From: Octopus sinensis
Lineage: Eukaryota
Assembly: GCF_006345805.1 (NCBI RefSeq)
Contig: NW_021835095.1
Span: 1 to 42,600, forward strand
DNA length: 42,600 nt
Direction of reading: 5' to 3'
Shown: positions 1 to 12,116 of the stretch, in pieces
How the letters are laid out: every line of letters begins with the position of its first letter
Numbering within the stretch: position 1 is the stretch's first letter
The notes under the pieces: model-generated
The model's database searches: none
Seen by the model: only the letters and a program-made list of their open reading frames with translations
Told to the model about the DNA's origin: nothing
Position numbers and translations under genes: made by a program

Positions 1-275
1 ATATATATATATAAAGGGGGAATAGAGTTTTAGGTAAATAAGGAGATTCTCACTTTACCTCTACACATACACAAATATACACTCACCATACATATACATA
101 TCTACACATAACACATATATATGTATACATACACACACTCACTTGCATACACGTATACACACATGTATATATACACACACGACCACACATACATATACAC
201 ACAGGAAAATGTCCCCCACCAACACCCCTTTAAACCTGCCTAAATGTATAAATGCCAATACAATTCTTGTTAACT

Positions 276-326
276 AGCTTCCTGAAGATTTCTCTTGAAT
301 GAAACAGTTCTAGTCCTGTAGAAGCT
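276..326 (+). ncRNA. Type I hammerhead ribozyme motif, canonical core
   Basis: Stem I AGCTTC(276-281)/GAAGCT(321-326); core CTGAAGA 282-288; short stem II TTC/GAA; GAAA 301-304; stem III ACAG/CTGT; cleavage triplet GTA 318-320; AATAAA at 337-342. Confidence 0.8.
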
Positions 327-408
327 CCTTCTATATAATAAATTAATTTTACTCTGCTATGTATTGAGTACCTTATTTACTGTGGTTAACCCCGAATCAA
401 CCCGGGAC

Positions 409-409
<1 letters not shown>

Positions 410-449
<40 letters not shown>

Positions 450-525
450 ATATATATACATACACACACATATGTATATATACATTTACACACATACACT
501 CACATGTGTATATATATATATAAAG
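410..525. repeat. (TA)n/(CA)n microsatellite
   Basis: Direct reading; it produces the spurious YIYI ORF 364-582. Confidence 0.95.
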
Positions 526-735
526 ATATGTATAATACATGCATATATGTATGTTGTTTTTTTTTCTTTTAGCTGTTCTTAGTTGTTCTTAAAAGATTCA
601 AGTTGGTCGCTAACAAAGCCAGACTTTTTGAGTTAAGAGAATTCCCAGTGTTTGTAAATATGTGAACGAGTCAGTGCGCTGGTTGAGCTATTTATACACA
701 CACACGCAACTGTGTGCTTCTGTTCACCTAAAGAA

Positions 736-776
736 TGTATGTATGTATGTATGTATGTATGTATGTATGTATGTAT
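736..776. repeat. (TATG)n microsatellite
   Basis: About 10 perfect tetramer units. Confidence 0.95.
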
Positions 777-1699
777 TCATGTAACGAGATGGTGGACAGG
801 AGAGAAAGGAGAAAGAGAAATAGAGAAGAAAATATAGAATATGATATATAATGTATTCCAGTCTTAACTCTAATCTTTAATCAAGGATCTTGAATATGTG
901 ACGTCGACACTAAATCAGTGACCTAAACACCTTAATAAAACAGCATCGTTCTTTATGTTTGATCGTACACATTAACCAAAACACCCTTCTTTTAACCCTT
1001 AATTCTGCATGTAAATTACGTCTTTGAACCTTTTACCTGCACCTGCTACATTTCAAGGATCATATAACATCATTTAAATACAAGTTTTTTCAAAATATAC
1101 TTAAAAAAACCTTCTGTGCAACGACATCAGTTAAGATCGCCTTGATGACCCCATTTTTTTTACGACGTATAATAACACGTTGTACCCTGTACATGTCTTG
1201 ACATGGGTGGATAAGAAGAGTTTATTCTGCATACAAATAACTCCCCTTTAAAAAAAAAATTTTTCTTTTGTTTGTTTTTAACATGAAACAAAATCAAACA
1301 GAAACGAAACATATTGTGTGTGATGTGATATCTCTTCAAAGTAAAACTATTTCTCTATTATTTTACTCCAGAAATATTGTTGCCAACAAGGTTTCCTCTT
1401 CATAAGACTGCTGCACTTGTGAATAGAAGCCATTACTCTCCGAAATCGCATGCATCCTTCTGTCTGAAAAAAGATGAATGTTGTTTCATGTAGTCCTGTG
1501 CCTAACAAATACAGTAGCGATGATCATGGCTGGAATGCCTTTAATTTTAAATTTGTTTCATCAATGCCAATCTGCCGGTTTACCAATAATTCTGCAGTAT
1601 GCCAAACTTTGATTAGAAATGACATCTTTGAATGTTAAAAATTATTATGCAGAAATTGTATCTTGAAATAGCCATGTTAGTAATGTAAAGCATACGCCA

Positions 1700-1838
1700 C
1701 GCTTACACACACGCGCGCACACACACACACATACACTCTTTTTGATTTACACATACATACATACATATACACACGCACAGACACACACACGCACACACAC
1801 ATGCACACACACACGCACACACACACAAACACACACAG
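1700..1838. repeat. (CA)n-rich compound microsatellite
   Basis: Direct reading. Confidence 0.9.
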
Positions 1839-2142
1839 AGCTCTGAAATTCATTTTTCATTTATTTCTGGAAATGATATTTTCGTTGCACCACTGCGACT
1901 TGGTTACAGAAAGAAAACCCTCACTTGACCAATAGAGTTCCAGTAGAATTGTGTCAGTGACTAGGTAGGAGAGATGCGGCGAAAATTTTGATAAAACCTA
2001 ATTATGAATGAAAACTGAAATTAGCAAGGTTTTTTTTTTTCTTGTATTTTTATACGGCTAAAATGGCTACACCACGATGTAATTGACCGAATTTCAACAC
2101 TGCGTCAAATCAAATCATTTAAAGGGAAAATACAACAATGAA

Positions 2143-2517
2143 ATTGTTCTGCTGGTTGCAGGGCTTCCAGAGCGTTCGTCAATATCGACATTTTTCGGCC
2201 ATCTTGGAAACTTCTGAACTACTCATACACTTGTGTGCGGCTCATAAACTCCTCTCCTTACACTTTTTGCAACTTTGTGCAGGCCTCTGAGCAGGTATCG
2301 TCATGACAACTTTCTCTTTCATAGTCAGTGCAACGATCACGTGTTATACACGTTCCTTCCAAGAACTGCTGTAAATAGTGGAAGTAAGCTAAGACATTAT
2401 AAACTTAGTGTGCACGCATATCAGAGTTCATGGTCAATCTGTGCCAAGCGGCTTTACTCTGCGTGCTTTAGCTTCGTTGCTATGACAGAAGTCCGAATAC
2501 TTATTGATCAGACCTGG
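2143..2517 (-). mobile_element. Mariner (irritans-like) 5' fragment with TIR and decayed N-terminal HTH coding sequence
   Basis: The minus strand starts TA|CCAGGTCTGATCAATAAGTATTCGGACT, a mariner-type TIR after TA. It translates DTCSEACTKLQKV*GEEFMSRTQVYE*FRSFQDGRKNVDIDERSGSPATSRT, a mariner paired-domain signature with stops. Confidence 0.8.
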
Positions 2518-2554
2518 TATCTAAGAATACGTGGTCCAAAAAGTATAATATATC

Positions 2555-3003
2555 CACTCATATTATAGCAGAGAATCTGCATTAAATTTTGTCAAAAGCT
2601 AGGCGATACCTGCTCTGATGTTTACGCAAAGTTTTAAAAAAGTTTTTAAAGTTACACGAATTCTGCAACCAGCAGAACTGAGAAAAATATCGAATATGTG
2701 CTTGCAGCTGTGAGAGGATATCGTCGAATCGCCATCCATGAGTTATCAGAGGATATGCAGATTAGTTACGATTCACTTTAGTCCATTATCACTGAAGATT
2801 TTGGTATGAGACGTATGTCTGCCAAGTTTGTTCCCAAACTGCTTTCAGCTAACTAAAAGACACTCGGGTTTCAGTTGCACAAGATTTCCTTGGTTTTGTC
2901 GAGAATCGGTGAAAACTGTTTTAAAACTTTGCGTAAGCATCAGAGCAGGTATCGCCTAGATTTTGACAAAATATAATGCAGATTTTCTGCTATAATATGA
3001 GTG
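2555..3003 (+). mobile_element. Rearranged mariner derivative with 85-bp inverted duplication of transposase 5' sequence
   Basis: Translates QRICIKFCQKLGDTCS...HELSEDMQISYDSL*SIITEDFGMRRMSAKFVPKLLS (WVPHEL-like motif). 2555-2639 is inverted at 2919-3003. Confidence 0.8.
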
Positions 3004-3617
3004 ATATTGGCTGCTATATATTGCTGGTCGTGCGGTCATATAGAGAGCTTCCCTCGTTCGCTCATGTAAGCAGAAATAAAGTGATAAAAATTGAACTAAG
3101 TTAAACTGAATCTAAGCATAATCTACGATTAGCTAGATTAGTAACACACCCTGTCAATCATATAAATTTAATGACTTATAATACTTTACAAGTGCAATAA
3201 ATTACAACATTAATTCTTAATTAACACCTTTATGATTTATGTTGGTTCAATCGATAACGTTTATCTCACCTGCGATATCGATTTCTTAAATAGGGACCAA
3301 AATTATTGTTGAAGTATCAGTTAGTAGGGTGCTGCAAAATACAACTAGTATTAACGAAGAATGCTATACGGGGTCGCTTGACATGCTAAAAACATCAACG
3401 AAATTTCCCTCAAATCACATTCTACTGTCTGAAATAAGGATTCTCGGGAATACGTAAGCTTTGATATATAAACAGATGGAAGGATCACGGCTGGAATAAT
3501 ATTTTTCATCAAGTGTCTACTCGATCGGTGTTAAACTGATTCTAATGATAGCTTCAATTTCAATTTCTTCGCATTTACATCAATTTCGTTATTAATCTCT
3601 CAAACTCTGTCTCATGT

Positions 3618-3712
<95 letters not shown>

Positions 3713-3740
3713 CACAGACGCTTATATATATATATATATA
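3618..3740. repeat. (TATC)n then (TA)n microsatellite
   Basis: Direct reading; source of the IYLS ORF. Confidence 0.95.
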
Positions 3741-5127
3741 TCATGCAGCGGTGGTACCCCAGCATGGCCGCGGCCTTCGGGCTAAAACATTTTAAAGGAT
3801 TTAAGGATTTATATACATGTATATATATATATAGATATATATAGATATAATTAAGGGTCCTTCAAGTGGCATCAGCACGCTAAAAATAGCAGCCAGAAGC
3901 CGATTACAACCAGAATTTTTTTTACTTTATGGTATTACCTTGATGGTTATTTACGCATGCTATATCACTTGATATTATTTTAAACAATAATATCCATATA
4001 TATATATTTATACACACACACACAACACACACACACACACACACTCATACATGTACAAACGGTTGCATTTGTTTGCTTGTTTGTATGCATGTATGTATGT
4101 ATGTACGTACATATGTATCTTCACATTCTTGACGGGATGTAAACTTAAAGCCTAGATTGACGAAAGTACACATATATAGCCATTTCATCTCACCTTTACC
4201 CATACCTTTCACAGCTACTACCTAGCTGCTTGTCTAACTATGATAGCGACCAGATCACTCACAAATCATATCCAACAGCCATACAAATGATATCTAAAAT
4301 TGCATTGTATAATTCCATATAACATACTTGATAACTAGGAGAAAAAAATGAGATTACTTATTGTCTGGAATACACTTATATCACCAAGGCTAAACGACAA
4401 TATCCAAAACAATTACAACAATACGAAGAAGCCTCTATATGATCTGTCGATCAGCTAGAAATACCAGCCGGTACGCTCGAAAATAACATCTAACCATCCT
4501 GGATCAGGAAACGTTGCTTAATATTGTCATAAACATACCTCTAAAAAGATGGCTTGATCATAGGTGGACCATTGTTAATTATCTGTCTTCGCAATTAGTT
4601 ATGGTGACAGCAAAAGCAACAATTGTCTGTGGCTCTACTTTTGTAGGGTCTTCCCTGTTGCTGTCACATATTGTGAGATTTTAGAATTACATCAAGATTT
4701 TCAAATTTGCTGTATTATATTGAAATAATTTTCCACGTTAAATCCCATTTTGTTATTTATTTTCTTCAAGAAAAATGTTACTGAAGTTTAAAGTTTAATC
4801 AATTTTACCTAACCAGAAAATAGGATTTGGAAGCTGGCATTTTCTGCACGATAGCTGTCTATCACGAAATGAAAGCAAAACCATTATTAAATAAACGAAA
4901 ACAAAGAAGAATTACAACGGCCATAAGGACTTCTGAAGTTTTAATGAATAAGTCATGTGAAACGGCCGAACAGACATGTAAATAATTTATAAAAGGAAAA
5001 ATCCTCATCGACGTTTTTTGACGAAAAATTGCACAAATCTGTCTTGATCAGGTGACCTGTCTGTCGGAGAAGGCATGGTCTAACATGGAATGCATAAAAA
5101 TTTATATATGACATTCTTTTGTAAAAA

Positions 5128-5157
5128 TTGCCTGGCAACGACGGGCTATTCACCTAG
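5128..5157 (+). mobile_element. Helitron 3' terminus remnant
   Basis: CCTGGCAACGACGGG hairpin-like motif followed 8 nt later by CTAG|T and (TA)n; same motif as the 3' end at 35516-35543. Confidence 0.55.
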
Positions 5158-5167
5158 TATATATGTA

Positions 5168-5201
<34 letters not shown>

Positions 5202-5569
5202 TGTGTATATGTTGTATATATATGAAGAGTTTCGTTATAGGTATAAAAATATACCATAAACAAGTACAAAAAAATGGAGAAAAAACGTTGAATCAGAAAT
5301 AGATTTATTAACAAAACTGGATTCAATGCATACGTACATTTCGAAAAACAATGCAAATTTGTAAGAAAACCATTTTAATCATAGTAATTATAATTAAATT
5401 TATGCATTGTCATTCTTATCAGTGTGAGGAATCTCTTGAAGAACATCAAGAAAGTTTAATAAGATGAACTAGAATAAAATATAATAAAAATGAAAATAAA
5501 ATAAGATACATTAAGAGAACACTGATACATGCATACTTACATGCATACATACATACATACATACATACA

Positions 5570-5604
<35 letters not shown>

Positions 5605-5829
5605 TTATATATATATATCCTTTAATTAGAGTATATATTAACCTCGTGAAGGATGGTTGCATCCAAGGAAATACTGGTTCAATACCTAGTATTATTGGGG
5701 AATGAAATTCCCTTAAAACAATAGGTATACACTAAGCATATAGTTTAAATCCAGCTAAAAGAAAAAAAAAAGAAAATGGAGATAAGGAAGTTATCAATTA
5801 TTTATTTTTTATCAAATTGGTCATCTTCG

Positions 5830-5927
5830 CTACTTACAGCCGTTTCAATCAATACTCAATAATTGAATTACAAATTTGCACATTAAATTTGCATTTATGT
5901 GACATGAGCATAATTTCATCAGAGAAA
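5830..5927 (-). ncRNA. Type I hammerhead ribozyme motif with extended stem II
   Basis: Minus strand: CTGATGA (5922-5916); stem II AATTATGCTCA/TGAGTA-T-TGATT (11 bp, one bulge); GAAA (5846-5843); near-palindromic stem III ACGGCTGT; triplet GTA; imperfect stem I; AATAAA about 25 nt downstream (5806-5801). Confidence 0.6.
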
Positions 5928-6199
5928 AAAAAAATGATGTACCTTGAGACCTTATATGCGGACCTTTCAATTCATTTCAACAGACTAAATATTACAGTTT
6001 ATGATTTTTATAATTATATGTTCGGGTGAAAAGTTTACAGACAATTAGAATGTGATTAGGGATAAATTAAAATAAAGAAAACTAGAAAAATAAGTTAAAA
6101 TAGAGATTAATGAGGAAAGATAAATATAATTAAGGTAAATTTATAAGTAATAAAAAGAATAAAATATTCATTTATAAGGTATAAATACAATCATAAAAA

Positions 6200-6242
6200 T
6201 TTATATATGCATATATATATATGTGTGTGCGTATATATATAT

Positions 6243-6310
<68 letters not shown>

Positions 6311-6312
6311 TA
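6200..6312. repeat. (TA)n microsatellite
   Basis: Direct reading. Confidence 0.95.
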
Positions 6313-6344
6313 TAAATATTTTCATATTTAGTTTGTACTTTATA

Positions 6345-6468
6345 ATCTCTGAAGAGGCTTTGGGATATTTTTGTGTCTCATTTATAACCACATATTAACT
6401 TATCACACCTGGCTAATATGAGAATAATGAGATACCCATATCTACATGACTGAAACACCTTGTAAGAT
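6345..6468 (+). ncRNA. Type I hammerhead ribozyme motif with long stem II
   Basis: Stem I ATCT/AGAT; CTGAAGA 6349-6355; long imperfect stem II (GATAT/ATATC, GTGTCTCATT/AATGAGATAC); GAAA 6452-6455; stem III ACA-cct-TGT; triplet GTA 6462-6464; AATAAA at 6604. Confidence 0.65.
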
Positions 6469-6745
6469 GTAGTTTATATTTATATTTATATTTATTTATA
6501 TTCACTTATACATATTGTACTTATTGTATCCTATTACTCATTGATGTGCATTGTTTTGTTCTATACTATTATGTTTGACCTTGATGTTCATATGTAGTGG
6601 GTTAATAAATTATGTGATTGGGTATTATCTGGTAGTTGATTATTGATTAAGGTGTATTTCTCCATTTTCTTATTTTGTATATATATATATATATATACGT
6701 ACATACATACTTACATGCATACATACACGCACACGTATACATACA

Positions 6746-7082
6746 TCCTCTTTTTATTTGTTTCAATCATTCGACTGCGGCCATACTGGGGCACTGCCTT
6801 TTATTCGAAGGAATCGACCCTAGCACTTATTCTTTGTAAGCCTAATGCTTATTCTATTCGACTCTTTTGTATAAGTGCTAAGTTGCGGGAACGCAAATAC
6901 ACCAACATCTGCTATCTACAAAGGTCTTCTTTCAGTTCCCGTCTACCAAATCCACTCAAGGCTTTGGTCGGATCGAGGCTATAGTAGAAGACACTTGCCC
7001 AAGGTGCCACGCAGTGGGACTGAACCCGGAATCATGTGGTTAGGAAGCAACCTTCTTACCACACAGCCACTCCTGCACCTAT
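6746..7082 (-). mobile_element. tRNA-derived SINE, family A
   Basis: Minus-strand head GGTGCAGGAGTGGCTGTGTGGTAAGAAG...GGTTCAGTCCCA (A/B boxes), CORE-like GGCACCTTGGGCAAGTG, and the tail shared with the other family A copies. Confidence 0.85.
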
Positions 7083-7091
7083 ATATATATA

Positions 7092-9520
7092 GAGGCATAC
7101 CTCACCCTACGTGGTTAATTGGTTCCAGGAGACACGACTTAAGTCGAAAAATGACTTAAGTCGAATTCACTTGTCTCTAGACTAGGCTAGGCCTAATTTA
7201 CTAGGGTGAACTGATAATAATCATTTCCAGTTCTGTACTTTATTTATGAAAGCATTTTCAATAATACATGGTTAATAAAAACCTATTTTAAGTTTACAAA
7301 CAAATAATTTTCATTTTTTAATACAGTAAAGTAAAAAAAAAAGTAATCTAAATTTATGAATACATTTGGCGGTGTTTAACGTACATCGCGGACGCTTTAT
7401 CTATGAATACGGTTTGCAATAAGAAATGGTAAAATAAAGCCTTTTTAAGCTTAAAAAGCAAATTCAGTAATTGTTATTACCTTGCAATAGTAAAGAAAAA
7501 CTAAATTATTTTAAATTTATCAATACGTACATACAATCTGATGGTTTACATCGCAGATATAAGTGGTTGTGTATCGTCAACATCAACAGCTGATTCTGGC
7601 TGTTCTTGTTGTTCGATGCACTTAAAAAAACGGTTGAGAGTTCCTTGAACTGTCTTCTTCTTTTCCTCAAGGATTGCATTATAAGGTGCAAAAGTTTTGT
7701 GACAAGTCTCCATAATCTTGGAAAAGCGTTGAGCATTTGGATCCATATCCTTAAACATAGAAAGACCTTTTTCGATACATGCAAATGCTTGCTGCATTTT
7801 CTTAATGGTAAAGTGACGTGGCTCAGGATCAACTTCCTCGTGAAATCCTCCTCCTCCAAATTTATTTTCAGTTCTTTGTTCGTAGTCACCAACGTTTTGA
7901 TGATGGCAACATTATCAAGCTTCTTAAAGTCACCACGAACTGTGGCATAACTTCTCCCATACACCACTCATAGCCGTGCTCTGTACATAATTCTGTGCCG
8001 CTGTTACGTTCTGTACAACCTTGTAGATATTGTATCTCTCCCAAAAGCCACGAAGTGTAATGGACTCATCAAGATCAGTTGCAGCTATTGCTTGCCACAG
8101 CGTACGCTTCATATAGTAACGCTTGAAGATAGCAATTATTCCCTGATCCATTGGCTGCAGAAGAGATGTTGTGATCGGAGGGAGGTATACGACGGTAACT
8201 TTGGGGTCAAAATCTACGATATTTTGCGGGTGGCCAGGAGCATTATCTAAGATAAGTAAAACTTTAAAAGAAATCCCCTTCTCTTTACAGCATTTCTCTT
8301 CTGCTGAGATAAAATGATTGAAGAACCAATCTTTAAAAACACAACAACAATAGCCCATGCTTTTGAATTAGCCATCCATGTAACGGGGAGAGACGCCTTG
8401 GGTATGTTCTTCAGAGCACGGGGCAATGGTTTTAACTTAAAATCTCCTGCACAATTACCTCCCAGCATAATGGTTACACGTTCTTTTGAGACCTTGTAGC
8501 CTGGAATAGTTTTCTCCTCCTTGAAAATGAATGAACGGTCTGTCAATTTTTTCCAGTACAATCCAGTTTCGTCTACGTTAAAATCTGTTTGGGAAGAAAC
8601 CCGTTTTCTTCGATGATTTCCTTTAATGCATTAGGAAATTCCGCTGCTGCTTGTTCGTCAGCTGATGCACTTCCACCTTGATTCTTAATGGAGTGATAAC
8701 TTCTTCGCTCCTTAAATCTCATGAATCATCCTTGACTTGTCTTGAACTCTACATCTTCCTCATCTGGTTATTTTTCCTTCAGGTCCTCAAAGACAACGCT
8801 TTCTCTTGAATGATTTCTTGACAAATAGTAGCACGCTGACAATTCAGCTTAACAATCCAAAGAGAAAGAAAACTTTCTATATCTTCAAAGATTTTGCCCC
8901 TTTTGTTATTTATGACAGTGTTCTTCACCCCTGGGGCTTCAGATTTAATATGTGCTAAAATCTTGTCCTTATTATGTACAATCGTCGATACAGTTGTCCG
9001 ATTCATCCCAAAAGATCGTACAATTGCTACCACTTTTTTCACTATTTTCTTGGCGTTTTATCATAGCCAGTTTATTTTCCAGCATTATAGTATGACGCTT
9101 AGCACTTTCACGATGAATTTTTTTAGGAACCATGGAGGCAAAAAATAAAGTCACAAATGAATGAGAATGAGAAAGTAGCTGATAAACAGACGTAAACAAA
9201 TCTGAATTCAAAACAAACGTGGGAATCACGAGTGACAACGACGCCTAACGGTAGATGTTGGAACTACAGTGCAAAAGGAGCTCTGAAAGACCGATAAATA
9301 AGACAACACAGCTGATTTCATGATTTCGTTCATCAAGCTACACTACTTTATGGTGTGTATCTTAACATTTACTGTACATATTTTAATATGATTTTATATG
9401 CTTTTATTCTTATTTATTGTACAGTAACATGATTTTATGTTCTTTTAACAGTTTTCTAGTGATTTTACGATTCCAGTATTTCTCGCGGACAGACGTAAAG
9501 TCGAGAAAAATGACTTAACT
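7092..9520 (-). mobile_element. Tigger/pogo DNA transposon, degenerate; one TIR visible
   Basis: TA|GAGGCATACCTC at 7090-7103 matches the Tigger-type TIR CAGGCATACCTC. It contains the transposase pseudogene. The opposite TIR was not found, so the right boundary is approximate. Confidence 0.85.
7546..9133 (-). pseudogene. pogo/Tigger transposase pseudogene (CENP-B-type HTH + DDE_1, DD32D)
   Basis: Frameshifted pieces: MVPKK..RHTIMLENKLAMIKR (HTH), IIQEKALSL, NVDETGLYWKK, KERVTIMLGGNCAGDFKLKP, VLLILDNAPGHP, LPPITTSLLQPMDQGII. There are 32 residues between the second and third catalytic D. Confidence 0.92.
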
Positions 9521-9644
9521 TGATTTTTATTTTCCCATATATTATTTTTGAAAATTTTTGTTGATCTCAAAACGATCAACAAAATTTTTTTTTCTTTCTG
9601 TCCCTTTTCTTCCATTCCTTCTTTTTCTTTAACACTTCTTTCAG

Positions 9645-9682
<38 letters not shown>

Positions 9683-9964
9683 ACACGCACACACACACAC
9701 ACACGCACACACCCATGCTCTCTCTCTCTCACTTTTTCCCCATGCATCACCCCCCTCTTGTACTATCTTATATCTCTCTCCGCCACTACACACTCAATAA
9801 CACTATCAAAGGAGTGGAATTTTCTGCAAGAACTTAGTTCAATTTGAAAACTCCACTAGAATGGACGAAAGCGCTAATATATGATATATGATATATGATG
9901 TATAAAAACATGTAATATACAAATAAATATCTGTTAATACAAAACCATCCGAATTTCTTCTAAG

Positions 9965-10270
<306 letters not shown>

Positions 10271-10652
10271 AAAAGCAATACATATATACAAAACCACGTA
10301 ACCTCCCGCCTCGCCCGCCACATTGTAAACAAACAACATACAAATGACAGACGCAGACCGTGTTTACATAAGGCTATCGGAAGCATTGAAAGAAACAATA
10401 GATTCAACAGTTGTGGTGTCTGTGTGTCTGGAGATAATGCAACAACATCATAAAACCAATCTGCTACATGTTCCGATTGTCTTTCAACATTTTATCAAAT
10501 TTAATGCATGCCTTTTGTACAATAACTACTCTACGTTTATTTTATCTCATTTTATTTTCTTTTAACTTTTCATTTTTATTATATTCTCTCTCTCTTTCTC
10601 TGTCTTTCTGTCTCTCTCATTCTCTGTCTGTCTGTCTCTCTCTTTCTCTGTC

Positions 10653-10861
10653 TGTCTCTCTCTTTCTCTGCTTGTCTGTCTCTCTCTTTCTCTGCTTGTC
10701 TGTCTCTCTCTTTCTCTGCTTGTCTGTCTCTCTCTTTCTCTGCTTGTCTGTCTCTATCTTTCTCTGCTTGTCTGTCTCTCTCTTTCTCTGCTTGTCTGTC
10801 TCTCTCTTTCTCTGCTTGTCTGCCTGTCTCTTTCTCTGCTTGTCTGTCTCTCTCTTTCTCT
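10653..10861. repeat. 24-bp minisatellite, about 9 copies
   Basis: Unit TGTCTCTCTCTTTCTCTGCTTGTC, read as AEKERDRQ repeats in ORF 10579-11019. Confidence 0.92.
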
Positions 10862-10870
10862 ACACACATA

Positions 10871-11074
10871 AACTTGCCGGCCTTGTGCCAGAATTTGAAA
10901 CTAATATGTAAGGGATGTGAAGGCGCATGGCTCGGTGGTTTGAGCGTCGAGCTTACGATCGTGAGGTTGTGAGTTCGATTCCGGGACCGGGCTGCGTGTT
11001 GTGTTCTTGAGCAAGACACTTTATTTCACGTTGCTCCAGTTAACTCAGCTGTAGAAATGAGTTGCGACATCACT
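10871..11074 (+). mobile_element. Fragment of composite SINE (family B tail + family C tRNA-like head)
   Basis: GAAGGCGCATGGCTCGGTGG...GAGTTCGATTCC (A/B boxes), preceded by the family B tail GGCCTTGTGCCAGAATTTGAAAC; inverted copy at 12295-12498. Confidence 0.85.
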
Positions 11075-11227
11075 TTTTCCACACACACATACACACTCTT
11101 TCTCTTTGTCTGTCACATTTACTCTCTGAAGTCGCTCTCTCTTTCTGCACCTCGCTCTATTCTCTTACGTATGATATATGCTAACATTCATCGACGTAAG
11201 GTGGTATCATAGGTTAAAAAAACATAA

Positions 11228-11425
11228 CCCTTTCTACTAAAGGCACAAGGCCTAACATTTATAGAAGAGGCCCCTAGTCGATTACATCGACCCCAGTGCT
11301 CCACTGGCACTTATTTTATCGACTCAGCAAAGATGAAAGGCAAAGTCAACCTCGACAGAATTTGAACTCAGAACGTAAACACATACGAAATACCACTAAG
11401 CATTTCGTTCGGCGTGCACGGCGTC
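11228..11425 (-). mobile_element. tRNA-derived SINE, family B (Meta/MESC-like central domain)
   Basis: Plus strand GTCGATTACATCGACCCCAG...TTATTTTATCGAC...GATGAAAGGCAAAGTCAACCTCG...TTTGAACTCAG, matching the intact copy at 30268. Confidence 0.8.
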
Positions 11426-11444
11426 TTAAAAAGTTCTCAATAAT

Positions 11445-11662
11445 ATTGATTTCAAATTTTGGCACAAGGTCAGCAGTTTCGGGAGAGGCCGTATGTCGAT
11501 TATATGGACCCTAGTGTTCAATCAGTACTTATTTTATCGACCCCTGAAGGGAAGAAACGCAAAGTCGCCCGCTGCGGAGTTTGAACCCAAAATATAATGA
11601 CGAGACGAAATGCCGCTAAGCATTTTGTTCGGCGCGCTTACCCTTCTGCCAGCTCGCTGCCT
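11445..11662 (-). mobile_element. tRNA-derived SINE, family B
   Basis: Same diagnostic blocks, ending in CTGCCAGCTCGCTGCC (head). Confidence 0.8.
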
Positions 11663-11744
11663 TTTGTTAAAAATACATAAAAAATAAAAACAAAACAACA
11701 GAATTTGTTGTATTGTCATAACACCAACATTTTTTTCACATATA

Positions 11745-11890
11745 GGCGCAGGTATGGCTGTGTGTTTAAGGAACTCGCTTTGCAACCATTTACGTCGCCT
11801 TGGGTAAATGTCTTTTACATTAGCCCCAAGCCCGACAATGTCTCGTGATTAATTTTGGGAGAGAGGAAACTGTGCAGAAGTTCGACGTAT
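11745..11890 (+). mobile_element. Degenerate SINE family A head
   Basis: GGCGCAGGTATGGCTGTGTG...GCCTTGGGTAAATGTC...GGAAACTG. Confidence 0.65.
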
Positions 11891-11904
11891 ATGCTGTCAG
11901 ATAT

Positions 11905-12066
11905 CGTTCTCATGTTTTTAGAGTTCTGCTAATCCACTGCCCTTGATTGTTAGCTTTTTTTAATCCTAAAAGGATGAAAAGTAAAATTGGTCCCGGAAGG
12001 ATTTGAACTCTCAGCACCGGGTGTCAGATAAAACACCAACGTTCTAACTCGGCCAGTTCGTCGCTA
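11905..12066 (-). mobile_element. Degenerate SINE family B
   Basis: AAAGGATGAAAAGTAAA...ATTTGAACTC...GCCAGTTCGTCGC blocks. Confidence 0.55.
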
Positions 12067-12116
12067 AGTTGAATAATATTTGTGAAATCAACGAAGAAAT
12101 TACATCCCTTACTTGG

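Noticed and set aside
990-1225. piggyBac-like MITE starting TTAACCCTT
   Set aside because: No matching AAGGGTTAA right end or TTAA duplication found.
7546-9133. Domesticated TIGD/CENP-B-like host gene
   Set aside because: Multiple frameshifts and stops plus a retained TIR indicate a dead transposon copy.
10918-10995. tRNA gene (also 15170, 34730, 35606, 30500)
   Set aside because: A/B boxes are present but there is no proper acceptor stem, and each continues into a shared SINE body.
10579-11019. 146-aa charged repeat protein (AEKERDRQ)n
   Set aside because: It is a 24-bp minisatellite fused to an antisense SINE head.
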